Shown: one piece after another, positions 11,374 to 20,213 of the stretch
How the letters are laid out: each line of letters opens with the position of its first letter
Numbering within the stretch: position 1 is the first letter of the stretch
NCBI GenBank assembly: GCA_040902085.1
Contig: JBBDXY010000002.1
Location: forward strand, 20,471 to 84,470
Direction of reading: 5' to 3'
DNA: 64,000 nucleotides
From: Gemmatimonadaceae bacterium
GTDB lineage: Bacteria > Gemmatimonadota > Gemmatimonadetes > Gemmatimonadales > Gemmatimonadaceae
The notes under the pieces: model-generated
Seen by the model: the letters and a program-made list of their open reading frames with translations, nothing else
The model's database searches: none
Told to the model about the DNA's origin: nothing
Program-made: the position numbers and the translations under genes

Positions 11374-13791
11374 CTAGCGCCCAGGCTGACGGGCGTTAGC
11401 CATGTAATCGCCCAGGTTCGCCGCTCGAAGTATCCTGTTCCACCGTGGATCGCCGCGCAAAGGATCCCAGGTTCGGTCCAGCAACGGGGAATACGCGGTG
11501 AAGACAGCTATCTCGTGTTTTCGCACTCCCGCCTCCATTGCATCGAGCGCGGCCGAGCGATTGCCAAGCCCGAGCTGGCAGATTGCTATCGTCACCGCAG
11601 AAACGCGTTCCCTGCTCGCGCGAGCCGCGATCTCCTTCAGTAGCCTCGCTGCATCCTCTCGACGCCCGGCGACGCCGTAGGCAAGACACAGCTTGCCTTT
11701 GGTGAGTAGTGTCTCGCTGTCCAGTCGCACGGCAGCCTCCATCTCTTCGACTGCCTTTTGAATCTGGCCAATTTGCAGGTGCGCGTCGGCAATCATCTGT
11801 CGCGTGAGCCCTAATCCAGGCGCAATCTCCTCGGTCTTCGAGAATTCCGCGATGGCCTCGTCGTATCGCCCAGCCAGCGTCAGAGCGTAGCCGAGCGCAA
11901 CAGGTGTAATCGGAGCCAGCGGATCCAGAGCCACTGCTCGCCGGATCGCCGCCAGGCTCGAATCGATCCGGCCGGTGTGATAGAGCAGCTCGCCATACCA
12001 TTGGTGAGCCGTAGGGTATCGAGGATCGAGCGCGATTGCCTTTCTGTATTCAGCGTCTCCCGCCTGAAAATCCCACGCGTGTACGGACGCGAGTCCGAGC
12101 GCCGTGTGCGCTTCCGCAAGCGTGGTATCCAGTGCGAGCGCCCGGATCGCCGCTGAGCGGGTCTTGCCAAGCCCATCGAGCGGAGGTGAGTCCGTGTACT
12201 CCGGCAGAATGGCGTAGGTGATCGCAAGCCCGGCATAAGCCCGCGCAAATCCTGAATCTGCAGCGATGCTCTCCTCGAAATAGGTGAGTGCCCTGCGAAG
12301 ATTCGCGGCGCCGCGGCGATTCCAGAAATGACGGCCGCGCAGGTATGAGTCGTAAGCGGCGAGGCTCACGGTGCCCCGGGAGCCTGCTGTCGAATCGCCG
12401 GGGCTGGCGCCCAGCTTCAGCTTCAAGGCGCCGGCAATGGAGCGCGCGATGTCATCCTGTACCTCGAAGATGTCGCTGGTCGTGCGCTCATAGGTGTCCG
12501 ACCATATTGCCAGACCGTCGCTCACGTTCGTGAGCTGGGCTCCGACGCGAAGCCGGTCGCCAGACCTACGGACGGTGCCTTCCAGAATCGCCTCTACACG
12601 CAACCTTCTGCCCATCTCGCTTACGTCGACATCCTTCCTGCCCTTGAACGTGTAGGTGGACGTCCGGGAGGCGACTCGAAGTCCCGGCATCTTGCTCAGC
12701 ACGGTCGCCAATTCATCTGTCATCCCGTCGCTGAAGTATTCATCCCGGGCGTCACCACCGACGTTGACGAGGGGCAGCACCGCGACAGAGCTGAGCTCGG
12801 ACAGGGAATCAGGGGCTCGATCCGGTCCTTTGATCAGAGCGTAGGCGAGGACGCCGACGACTGCGACCGTTATCCCGGCGCCGGCGATGAGTCGAGATTT
12901 TTTTCGGCCCCCGGCAATAGTCGTCACCGGCGGTCCATCAGGCATAGTCCCCGGGGCGTCAAGAAGCTGAATCAGCTCCGCCGCGCTCTGAGGCCGGTCG
13001 GCTGGACGCTTCTCGAGGCATCGCATGACCAGCGCTGCAAGAGGGCGCGGAATTCCCGGACGTCTACGCTCGATTGTCTCGGGCGTGTCAATGGCGTGTG
13101 CGGCGAGCACTGCCTGTGTCGAGCGTCCCGCGAACGGAAGCGAGCCCGTCAGGATCTCGTACGCCATCACGCCGAAAGCGTAGATGTCGCAGCGATGATC
13201 AGCGGCTGGATCCGCGGCAGCCTGCTCCGGAGCCATGTAGGCTGGCGTCCCGAGCGCGATTCCCAGACCGGTGATTGTCTTGCTCTCCGACTCCCTCGTC
13301 GAAGCGCTCAGTGCTTTCGCAACCCCGAAGTCGGTAACGAGAGCGAACTCGTCCGACAGCATCACGTTGTCAGGCTTGATGTCCCGGTGAACGACTCCGT
13401 GCTTGTGAGCGTAGCTGAGAGCGCTGGCCACCTCGTGAAGGATCCGCACGGCCTCACGGACGGGCAGCTCCCCGGTCCTGGCAATGCGCGCACGCAACGA
13501 TTCGCCTTCGATAAAGGGCATCGTGAAATAGGGCGCGCCACCGACTTCGCCCGCTGAAAGAAGGGGCACGATATGAGGGTGCTGCAGCTTTGCCGCGAGC
13601 TGGATCTCCCGGCGGAAGCGATCGGTGCTTACTTCAGCGGCGATTTCCGGAGACAGGACCTTCACCACGACCTCGCGCCCGAGCTTCCGATCCATCGCCA
13701 CGAACACGCGGCTCATAGCGCCGCCGTATAGCTCGCGCTCGAACGTGTAGGTGTCGCCGAGAGTCGTTTCGAGCGTGGCGCGCAGGTCCAT
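11374..13791 (-). CDS. Serine/threonine protein kinase with TM segment, TolB-N-like module and TPR repeats
   Basis: Hanks kinase motifs VVKVL, HRDIKPDNVM, DFGVAK and GTPAYMAPE. These are followed by a TM segment, SVAVLPLVNVGGDARDEYFSDGMTDEL, and multiple TPR-like repeats. Confidence 0.85.
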   Translation of the reverse strand: MDLRATLETTLGDTYTFERELYGGAMSRVFVAMDRKLGREVVVKVLSPEIAAEVSTDRFRREIQLAAKLQHPHIVPLLSAGEVGGAPYFTMPFIEGESLRARIARTGELPVREAVRILHEVASALSYAHKHGVVHRDIKPDNVMLSDEFALVTDFGVAKALSASTRESESKTITGLGIALGTPAYMAPEQAAADPAADHRCDIYAFGVMAYEILTGSLPFAGRSTQAVLAAHAIDTPETIERRRPGIPRPLAALVMRCLEKRPADRPQSAAELIQLLDAPGTMPDGPPVTTIAGGRKKSRLIAGAGITVAVVGVLAYALIKGPDRAPDSLSELSSVAVLPLVNVGGDARDEYFSDGMTDELATVLSKMPGLRVASRTSTYTFKGRKDVDVSEMGRRLRVEAILEGTVRRSGDRLRVGAQLTNVSDGLAIWSDTYERTTSDIFEVQDDIARSIAGALKLKLGASPGDSTAGSRGTVSLAAYDSYLRGRHFWNRRGAANLRRALTYFEESIAADSGFARAYAGLAITYAILPEYTDSPPLDGLGKTRSAAIRALALDTTLAEAHTALGLASVHAWDFQAGDAEYRKAIALDPRYPTAHQWYGELLYHTGRIDSSLAAIRRAVALDPLAPITPVALGYALTLAGRYDEAIAEFSKTEEIAPGLGLTRQMIADAHLQIGQIQKAVEEMEAAVRLDSETLLTKGKLCLAYGVAGRREDAARLLKEIAARASRERVSAVTIAICQLGLGNRSAALDAMEAGVRKHEIAVFTAYSPLLDRTWDPLRGDPRWNRILRAANLGDYMANARQPGR

Positions 13792-13837
13792 TACGAGTCA
13801 GCTGCCAGGCGCAGTTCCAATCGATCCCGTCTCATTC

Positions 13838-14317
13838 TCAATGACGAAGCGGTCCAGCGACGCTAAGCGGTCCCGGAGTTCCCGTATTGCTGAAAGCGAC
13901 GACAACGCGAGCCTCCTGCGCCTCTGCGTTTCGTCCGGCGATGACAGTTCCAGCCGGCATCACGACGAAATCCCCCGCACGAAGGTCGTACGGTTTTCCG
14001 TCGAGCACGAGCGCCACACGTCCCTGCTGCACAAGGAACGTCTCATCAAAGAAGGGATGATGATGCTCGGCGATAGAAGCAGCGGGAGCGAGGCGGAGCA
14101 CCTGCGTCACGGTGCGGGGAGTCTCATAAACCGTGGTCCTGGTCACGGCGCCCGCTCCAGGCTCGGCGCCGACGGAAGTGTTCGCCACGCGAATCTCCGC
14201 TGGAACGTGCGAAGGCGCCGGAGGGCGCGGTGCAGGCGAGCACGACAGGCTGAGGAATGCAACGCCGGTCCAGCAGGAGAGTGGCCGTCGAGCTGCGTCC
14301 CGCCACGAGATGATCAT
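13838..14317 (-). CDS. Cupin domain protein (secreted?)
   Basis: Cupin motifs HHHPFFDETFLVQQG and GDFVVMPAGTV. Confidence 0.55.
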   Translation of the reverse strand: MIISWRDAARRPLSCWTGVAFLSLSCSPAPRPPAPSHVPAEIRVANTSVGAEPGAGAVTRTTVYETPRTVTQVLRLAPAASIAEHHHPFFDETFLVQQGRVALVLDGKPYDLRAGDFVVMPAGTVIAGRNAEAQEARVVVAFSNTGTPGPLSVAGPLRH

Positions 14318-14397
14318 TGCAGATTCCCTATTCTGAGGTTAGCGGCCGCTGAGGCTTGGGTGATAAAGCGCGTCGCTTCAGCAAAGTGACGCAATGG

Positions 14398-15018
14398 CTA
14401 CTCCCTGCGACAGAGGCAATAGAGGAACGACTGAGAGCGTCCGTCCGGTGTTCGGTGATCTTCATGCTCACTGGCCAGCATATGGAACCCGGGGCCGAAC
14501 TCGGATTGAAGTGAATCGACGGAGTAACGTACGACTGGCAGCCCGCTACACTTCGTCGGGCCGTCGCTCCCGAATGTGGCGACGAGCACGTGTCCGCCTC
14601 GCCTGACACTTTGCCGAACCCGATCGACATATGCCTTCCGGTCTTTGGCTCGGGTGAGAAAGTGAAAGACGGCACGATCGTGCCAAAACGCATATCCCGC
14701 CTCGTCGAGGGGAGCCGACAGGATGTCTCCCTCCAGCCAGCGCACGCGCGGAGCCATGGCACCGAGACGCTCCTTCACGGTGGCAAGGGCTGCCGCCGAA
14801 ATGTCGAGTACCGTAAGATCTGTGTAGCCGGCGTCAAGAAGGTCATCCACGAGCACCGAAGCTCCGCCGCCGACATCTATGATCGGCGCAGAGCGGTCAG
14901 GCGCAAATCGAGTGATGAGCTCGAGAGACCGGCGTGCCTCGGGCTGAAACCAGCTCAGCTCGCCGACACTCCTGGACTGGTAGATGCCGTCCCAGTGAGC
15001 TCTCGGATCCATTCGCAC
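14398..15018 (-). CDS. Class I SAM-dependent methyltransferase
   Basis: SAM-binding motif I is IIDVGGGASVLVDDLL, with the acidic loop LTVLDIS. Confidence 0.75.
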   Translation of the reverse strand: MRMDPRAHWDGIYQSRSVGELSWFQPEARRSLELITRFAPDRSAPIIDVGGGASVLVDDLLDAGYTDLTVLDISAAALATVKERLGAMAPRVRWLEGDILSAPLDEAGYAFWHDRAVFHFLTRAKDRKAYVDRVRQSVRRGGHVLVATFGSDGPTKCSGLPVVRYSVDSLQSEFGPGFHMLASEHEDHRTPDGRSQSFLYCLCRRE

Positions 15019-15145
15019 CGTCTTGATGTATGGGCTCCAACATTCGGCAGTCTTTGCGACGCGTCAAGCCTTTCGAGGAGGCGCGGCGTAGCTCGGCCGG
15101 AGCGGCGGATCCACGCCGCCTATCTTCAGGTCCGCGAAGCTCCGG

Positions 15146-15715
15146 TCAGCGCGAACCGCGCGGCGCGCCAACCATTGCCGCTCCTTCGAGGAGCGCCGCA
15201 GCGAAGAATTTCGGGTTGCTCCAGTCTCCCTCGAAGCGCACGCCGTTGATGAAGAACGTCGGAGTTCCGTTCACTCCGCTTCTCACGCCACTCATGAAGT
15301 CGGCGCGCACATCCTCCTCGAACGTGTCATTGGCGAGGTCGCGCGCGACCTGCTCCGGATCAGCGCCGCAGCTCGCGGCGTATTTCACGAGATGCGAATC
15401 GTCGAGCGCGATCGGGGAATCCTGCTGGTGCTCGTAGATGGTGTCGTGCATCGCCCAGAACGCATCCCCGCCAGCGTTGGTGGCGACACTCTCCGTCGCC
15501 TCGGCGGCGTGGAGAGCGTGCTCGTGAATCTGCGTCAGTGGAAAATCGCGGAACACGAACCGCAGCTTATCGCCGAGGAGGGCGCGCACGGCGGTGACGA
15601 CGGGGTGGGCGCGCCAGCAGTGCGGGCACTGGTAGTCACCGTACTCGACGAGTGTCACCGGCGCGTCGGCTCGACCCAGGGCGTGGTCCTTGTCGCTGAC
15701 GTCGGGACGCAGCAT
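15146..15715 (-). CDS. DsbA-family thioredoxin-fold oxidoreductase
   Basis: I trimmed the 312-aa ORF to the ATG at 15715, 17 nt downstream of the peroxiredoxin stop. The CxxC active site is YQCPHCW, and GVNGTPTFFING is present. Confidence 0.75.
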   Translation of the reverse strand: MLRPDVSDKDHALGRADAPVTLVEYGDYQCPHCWRAHPVVTAVRALLGDKLRFVFRDFPLTQIHEHALHAAEATESVATNAGGDAFWAMHDTIYEHQQDSPIALDDSHLVKYAASCGADPEQVARDLANDTFEEDVRADFMSGVRSGVNGTPTFFINGVRFEGDWSNPKFFAAALLEGAAMVGAPRGSR

Positions 15716-15732
15716 CCCCTGTCCCTGCGCGC

Positions 15733-16230
15733 TCACGACGACGCTTGCGAGTGCTCGGCCTGCAGCGACTCGAGCGCGTCGAGAATTCCGTCGGCGCCCG
15801 GATTGACTCCGACGGGCGAGCAGTAGCTCCAGCGAATCACGCCTTCCGCATCGATCACGAAGAGGGCGCGCTCGCTGGTTCCATCCGTGTCGCGATAGGC
15901 GCCGTACGCGCGGGCGACGCCGCCTTTTGGTTCGAAGTCGGCCAGCAGGGAGAAATGCAGCTTGCGCGCGTGGGCGAACGCGATGTGGCACCAGACGCCG
16001 TCGACCGATACCCCGAGCAGCTCGGCGCCGTACTTGTGAAACTCGGGAAGGATCTCGTTGTAGAGCGCCATCTGGTCGCCGCACACCGGGCTCCAGTCGG
16101 CCGGATAGAACGCGAGGATCACCGGCTTGCCGCGGAACTCGGAGAGCGACACCGTCTGGTCGGGCGTCGAATGCAGCGTGAAATCGGGGGCGCTAGTGCC
16201 GGCGCGGAGGAGGGTTGGGTGCTCGCTCAT
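15733..16230 (-). CDS. Peroxiredoxin (AhpC/TSA/Prx family)
   Basis: Start trimmed to MSEHPTLL at 16230. Has APDFTL and the peroxidatic Cys context FYPADWSPVC. Confidence 0.85.
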   Translation of the reverse strand: MSEHPTLLRAGTSAPDFTLHSTPDQTVSLSEFRGKPVILAFYPADWSPVCGDQMALYNEILPEFHKYGAELLGVSVDGVWCHIAFAHARKLHFSLLADFEPKGGVARAYGAYRDTDGTSERALFVIDAEGVIRWSYCSPVGVNPGADGILDALESLQAEHSQASS

Positions 16231-16318
16231 TTCAAACGCTCGTGAGAGTCGGGAGAGTCGCCGGCCCCTGGAGTATTGCCAGGCGGACAATCTATAGATA
16301 GTCTATCGTGCCCCTCGA

Positions 16319-16330
16319 TCAATAGTCTTA
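16319..16330 (+). repeat. TCAATAGTCTTA motif copy (see findings)
   Basis: Exact 12-mer identical to 19077-19088. A partial copy (ATAGTCT) lies at 16298-16304. Confidence 0.6.
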
Positions 16331-16484
16331 CGGCGTACCGTGGAAAGCCAGTCGCGGAGCTTTGTGAGGGGAAATGCGCGAATCGTATCACGCGAGTGTC
16401 GGTTTCGTATCACACGGTGTGCGTGCCTACTGTCGCGCTCTTATCCACAATCGTCTCTAACCTCTTGAGGGCGCGAGATTTTGC

Positions 16485-17288
16485 TTGTACAAAACACAGT
16501 CGTCTACGATATTGGACCGCCTGTTTAGGGCTTCAAACCCCCGCACATCAGAAGACTTAGTGAGCTTGAACAACATCGCCGGGAGCGTCTTACCGATCCA
16601 GCGAGCCGAGGAGCTTATACTCACGCTCCCCGGTGTCGTGTCGGCCAAGATCATCGAGAGCGAAAGCGGCTCGGTGGAGCAGATCCACGTGTTGACGACG
16701 GCGGAGCTGACGCCCAAGCAGGTGGTGCGGAACATCGAGAGTGCCCTGATGGCGCACCTGGCGATGCGGGTGGATCACCGGAAGATCTCGGTGGCGACGA
16801 CGAGCGAGCAGCCGAAGGCCAGGCCCACCCCATCGCACCCGACACCAGGCAGCCAGTTCAGGGTGTCTCCGGCGCTCGAGGGCGCGGGCAAGCGGTACAC
16901 GGCCAGGAAGCTCTATTTCGAGGATGTGGAGGTGCGCGGATCGCGCACGAAAGGGGTGTCCTGCCGCGTGACTCTGAGGAAGGGTGAGGAGTCCTACATT
17001 GGAGAAGCCAGCGGAATCGAGGGGGACAGGTCCCGACTCGATCTTGCCGCGCGCGCGACGGTATTCGCGATCGGGCAGGCCGAGGGCAGAGAAGGGCAGC
17101 TGGCGGTAGAGGGCGTGAAGGTAATGGACGCCTTCGATCGCGAGTATGTGTTCGTTGGCGTGACGGTGCGGAGCGGCCGTGACAGCCAGCTATTGGTGGG
17201 AAACTGTGAGATCAAAGGCAGCGCTGAAACAGCGAGCGCTCTGGCGGTATTGAGCGCGACGAATCGTTGGGTCGATCAGGGCGAGTAA
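16485..17288 (+). CDS. Hypothetical protein
   Basis: 267-aa ORF with protein-like composition. Start uncertain; no family recognised. Confidence 0.45.
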   Translation: MYKTQSSTILDRLFRASNPRTSEDLVSLNNIAGSVLPIQRAEELILTLPGVVSAKIIESESGSVEQIHVLTTAELTPKQVVRNIESALMAHLAMRVDHRKISVATTSEQPKARPTPSHPTPGSQFRVSPALEGAGKRYTARKLYFEDVEVRGSRTKGVSCRVTLRKGEESYIGEASGIEGDRSRLDLAARATVFAIGQAEGREGQLAVEGVKVMDAFDREYVFVGVTVRSGRDSQLLVGNCEIKGSAETASALAVLSATNRWVDQGE

Positions 17289-17575
17289 AGAACGTTGAAA
17301 GCGGGTCCACTGGACCTGGTGCAGCAATAGTTGGTCGTTTGGAATTTTCACCTCTAACACGGATCCTATAGGAACTAAAAACCCCCGTCCCGGCTACGAG
17401 ATGAGTTGAGCGGGTACGGCAAGCGACAGGAGCGGAGCCAACCTTGTAGCGCATTCTGCGGATGCAGGATGCGACTGACGTTTAAGGGGGGTGACGCAAA
17501 TGTTAAATGTGATTCTGGCGCTTTTCTTCAGAGATTCGCAGATCTGGATCTAGTCGAGTACGGGGGTTTCTTTCT

Positions 17576-18895
17576 ATGCGCAGCGCGATCGGACGTTACG
17601 TCTCCTTAGTTGTTGTTGCGGCCGTCGCTGCGGGCGCGATTTTGTACTTCACAGAACCTGTGTTCTCCGTTGATTTCGCTCGGGCAGCTGGAACCTTCGG
17701 GCTAGTTATCATCCTTGCGCAACTCCTGAGCTACCGCACGGGTCGAGAATCGGCGGGCTCGCTTGCGTTCATTCCTGTCCTTGCTACCGCCGCAATTGCC
17801 CCTCACTGGGTAAGTGTTGTCGCTGTCGGAGTTGCTGGCTTATCTGCCCAGCTGCTTGCGAAAAGGGACCGGCTGAAAACGGTTTTCAATGTGGCGCAGG
17901 AAGTTCTGGCGATCTCCCTAGCTATACTTGCATATCGGGCGCTTGGTGGCGTTCCGCTTCGGGGAATTGAACAGTCAGGTTCACTTTCCCTCTTTGCACT
18001 GTTCCTCGTCTTTTTTATCACAAATTCCATTTGTGTTAGCGGCGCTCTCGGAATCGTCGGGGAACGAAGTGCGTGGGCGATCTGGAAAGAGAACACACTC
18101 AAGGCTCTTCCCTACGATTTCCTCTCTCTCCCGGTAATCCTGTTCTTTGTTTGGACGTACTCGCAATTTGGAACCATAGGCGCATTCATTTTTGCAGTTC
18201 CGCTGCTTGTGCTCCGTCAGCTCTATAAAGTTACCGGCCAGCTCGAGCAAACAAACCGTGAGCTACTTGAGCTAATGGTGGCGGCAATTGAAGCACGGGA
18301 TCCGTATACCTCTGGACACTCTCGGCGGGTTGCGGAAAAAGCTCGACTCATCGCTAGGGCCGTTGGCCTCAGGGATAGGGAAGTCGGACGGATAGTTGCG
18401 GCCGCTTTGCTACACGACGTCGGAAAGATTCACGAGGTGTTCGGGCCAATTTTGAGCAAGCCCGGCCGATTGACGTCGGAAGAACAGGTCATCATGCGAA
18501 CCCACCCAGTGAAGAGCGCAGAACTGGCGGGTACCGTCACCGAGCTGCGGGATGTCGTGCCACTTATTCGACATCACCACGAGAATTGGGATGGTTCCGG
18601 CTACCCGGATGGTTTGAAAGGAGAGGGAATACCGCTTGGCTCTCGCATTATCATGTTCGCCGATACAATCGATGCGATGACGACTGATAGGCCGTATCGC
18701 GCGGCACTCGACGCTGCGGCGGTTCGGAAGGAACTGCTGCGGTTCCGCGGAACACAGTTCGATCCAGCTATTTGCGACGCACTCCTCCGGAGCGCCGCCT
18801 ACGCCCAACTGTTCGCGCCCGTTGAGAAGGGCGAGGCGGTTTGGGAGCATCGGACCCCAGAGCGTGGCTCTGTGCTGCGAGTAGTTGGTTCGTAG
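17576..18895 (+). CDS. HD-GYP domain c-di-GMP phosphodiesterase-type protein with multi-pass membrane N-terminal domain
   Basis: About 7 hydrophobic helices, then the HD-GYP motifs GHSRRV, LLHDVGKI and HHENWDGSGYPDGL. Confidence 0.8.
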   Translation: MRSAIGRYVSLVVVAAVAAGAILYFTEPVFSVDFARAAGTFGLVIILAQLLSYRTGRESAGSLAFIPVLATAAIAPHWVSVVAVGVAGLSAQLLAKRDRLKTVFNVAQEVLAISLAILAYRALGGVPLRGIEQSGSLSLFALFLVFFITNSICVSGALGIVGERSAWAIWKENTLKALPYDFLSLPVILFFVWTYSQFGTIGAFIFAVPLLVLRQLYKVTGQLEQTNRELLELMVAAIEARDPYTSGHSRRVAEKARLIARAVGLRDREVGRIVAAALLHDVGKIHEVFGPILSKPGRLTSEEQVIMRTHPVKSAELAGTVTELRDVVPLIRHHHENWDGSGYPDGLKGEGIPLGSRIIMFADTIDAMTTDRPYRAALDAAAVRKELLRFRGTQFDPAICDALLRSAAYAQLFAPVEKGEAVWEHRTPERGSVLRVVGS

Positions 18896-18939
18896 GACAC
18901 ACGAGCGGGCCTTTCGAGCAGGCTTTTAGCTTTCTAAGG

Positions 18940-19009
18940 TAGGGTGTGTCTTGGCTAGCGCACCTGAATGGGGTTCAGGGGGTCGCGGGTTCAAATCCCG
19001 CCGTCCCGA
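18940..19009 (+). tRNA. tRNA-Pro(GGG)-like gene, probably decayed (5' D-stem strand missing)
   Basis: Hand fold gives: anticodon stem CCTGA/TCAGG, loop ATGGGGT (anticodon GGG), variable GGGTC, T arm GCGGG-TTCAAAT-CCCGC, 3' acceptor CGTCCCG plus A. The candidate 5' acceptor TAGGGTG pairs at 6 of 7 positions (2 G-U, 1 A-C). Only 14 nt remain where a 16-20 nt D arm is needed. Confidence 0.45.
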
Positions 19010-19010
19010 T
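18967..19010 (+). repeat. att-type direct repeat, copy 1 (44 bp, tRNA-Pro anticodon loop to 3' end)
   Basis: AATGGGGTTCAGGGGGTCGCGGGTTCAAATCCCGCCGTCCCGAT, identical at three sites. Confidence 0.9.
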
Positions 19011-19023
19011 GGTTAGATAAGTG

Positions 19024-19066
19024 AAAGGCTCACAGGCGATTACACCGCTTGTGGGCCTTTGGTTTT
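19024..19066 (+). terminator. Rho-independent terminator-like hairpin after the tRNA-like gene
   Basis: 15-bp stem AAAGGCTCACAGGCG / CGCTTGTGGGCCTTT (two G-U pairs), 7-nt loop, followed by GGTTTTG. Confidence 0.5.
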
Positions 19067-19076
19067 GTCTGTCGTA

Positions 19077-19100
19077 AATCCAACCGTCAATAGTCTTATC
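19077..19100 (+). repeat. Tandem TCAATAGTCTT(A/G) motif, two copies
   Basis: TCAATAGTCTTA TCAATAGTCTTG, located about 85 bp upstream of the 19184 HTH ORF and about 70 bp after att copy 1. Confidence 0.7.
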
Positions 19101-19183
19101 AATAGTCTTGGTGAGGATCCACCAGTCGGGACGCGAACAGTTGAGCACGTTTGATTAAGAGAGCATGCCCACACTAACTGGGC

Positions 19184-19579
19184 ATGAAGATCACCACGCT
19201 CATGCCTGACTCGTTGCCGTCCACGTGGCGCGAACGAGCTCACTACTTACGAGAGTACGGCGACTCCAACACAGCGCGACTCTGGGAGCTTGCGGCTCGG
19301 GAGCTTGAGGCCGCGCTAGTGGCTCACGGTGAGGAGACTCTCACTCTCGTCGAAGCTGCGAACCTGTCCGGATTCACAGCGGATCATCTGTCGGCCTCGA
19401 TCAAGAAGGGTCGGATTCCGAACGCTGGGCGTGATGGTGCTCCTCGTATCCGTCGAAGCGATCTGCCCATGAAGCGGATCGGTGGGCCCGGACGACCATC
19501 ACGCGCGGAGTCTCCTCAAGCAGATGCTGAGCGGGCGCAGGTGAGAAAGATTGCCCAGTCGTTCACGAGGAAGCGTTGA
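19184..19579 (+). CDS. Putative HTH DNA-binding protein (excisionase/MerR-like)
   Basis: TLVEAANLSGFTADHLSASIKKGRIPN resembles an excisionase-type HTH, and the C-terminal tail is basic. Confidence 0.45.
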   Translation: MKITTLMPDSLPSTWRERAHYLREYGDSNTARLWELAARELEAALVAHGEETLTLVEAANLSGFTADHLSASIKKGRIPNAGRDGAPRIRRSDLPMKRIGGPGRPSRAESPQADAERAQVRKIAQSFTRKR

Positions 19580-19940
19580 CCACAACGAGACCGACCGACA
19601 GCGACTAGGCAGGCTTGCTGCGACCCCTCGCCGGGAGTTAACATCGTGCGCCGAACACCAGCTCCCTCCCCGACGGAGATTCGCATGAGAACCTTTCTCA
19701 ACGCAAAGAGACTGGAGTTGTATCAGACCCCGCTTATTCTGCACATCGCTCGGCAGAATGGCGGCCAGATTGGGCGAGCAGTCCTTCGAGGCGGTTCGCT
19801 AACGTGGTATACCGGCAACGCGCAAAAAGGCCATCGCGTAAAGTGGGCCAAGCTTGGAGCCTTGATTCAGAGTTCGGTGCCGAAGCGGAAAAAGCGGAAG
19901 GTCCGGGGCAAGTAGGTCCGTCCGTTCGGATCACGGCTTC

Positions 19941-20213
19941 CTAGCTGATCGTCCCTCGAACAGGTAGTCTCACCACTACGGACTGGACGAAAGCCGACGA
20001 GGGCGCAATTCCGTGCTTGTGGTTGTAGCGGTCAATGGCTCGGTCGATTGCTTCCTCTGCCGTCTTCCCGTTTGAAACGGGATAGAACTTCGGCGGTTCG
20101 CCCGGCCCGGACGTGCGGCACCAGTGAACCATGTAGCCGTAGTCGCCGCCGTCAGTGTGCAGGGTTAACCCGTGGTCGGCCAGGAATCTCCAGCGCTGGG
20201 CGTCGGTCGGCAT
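19941..20213 (-). CDS. Small hypothetical protein (90 aa), abutting the upstream TIR-like gene
   Basis: Its ATG (20213) directly follows the stop codon (20214-20216) of the TIR-like ORF. Confidence 0.45.
   Translation of the reverse strand: MPTDAQRWRFLADHGLTLHTDGGDYGYMVHWCRTSGPGEPPKFYPVSNGKTAEEAIDRAIDRYNHKHGIAPSSAFVQSVVVRLPVRGTIS

Noticed and set aside
15716-16084. N-terminal extension of the DsbA-like ORF (312-aa version), and the similar upstream extensions of ORFs at 1590..3140, 50565..51281, 51346..52800, 55382..56596, 58439..58966 and 59604..61199.
   Set aside because: The extensions overlap the preceding genes and are Arg-rich. Internal starts give proper signal peptides or canonical N-termini.
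17289-17575. 287-bp non-coding gap before the HD-GYP gene, inspected for an RNA gene or riboswitch.
   Set aside because: I could see no conserved structure or known motif. It is left unannotated.
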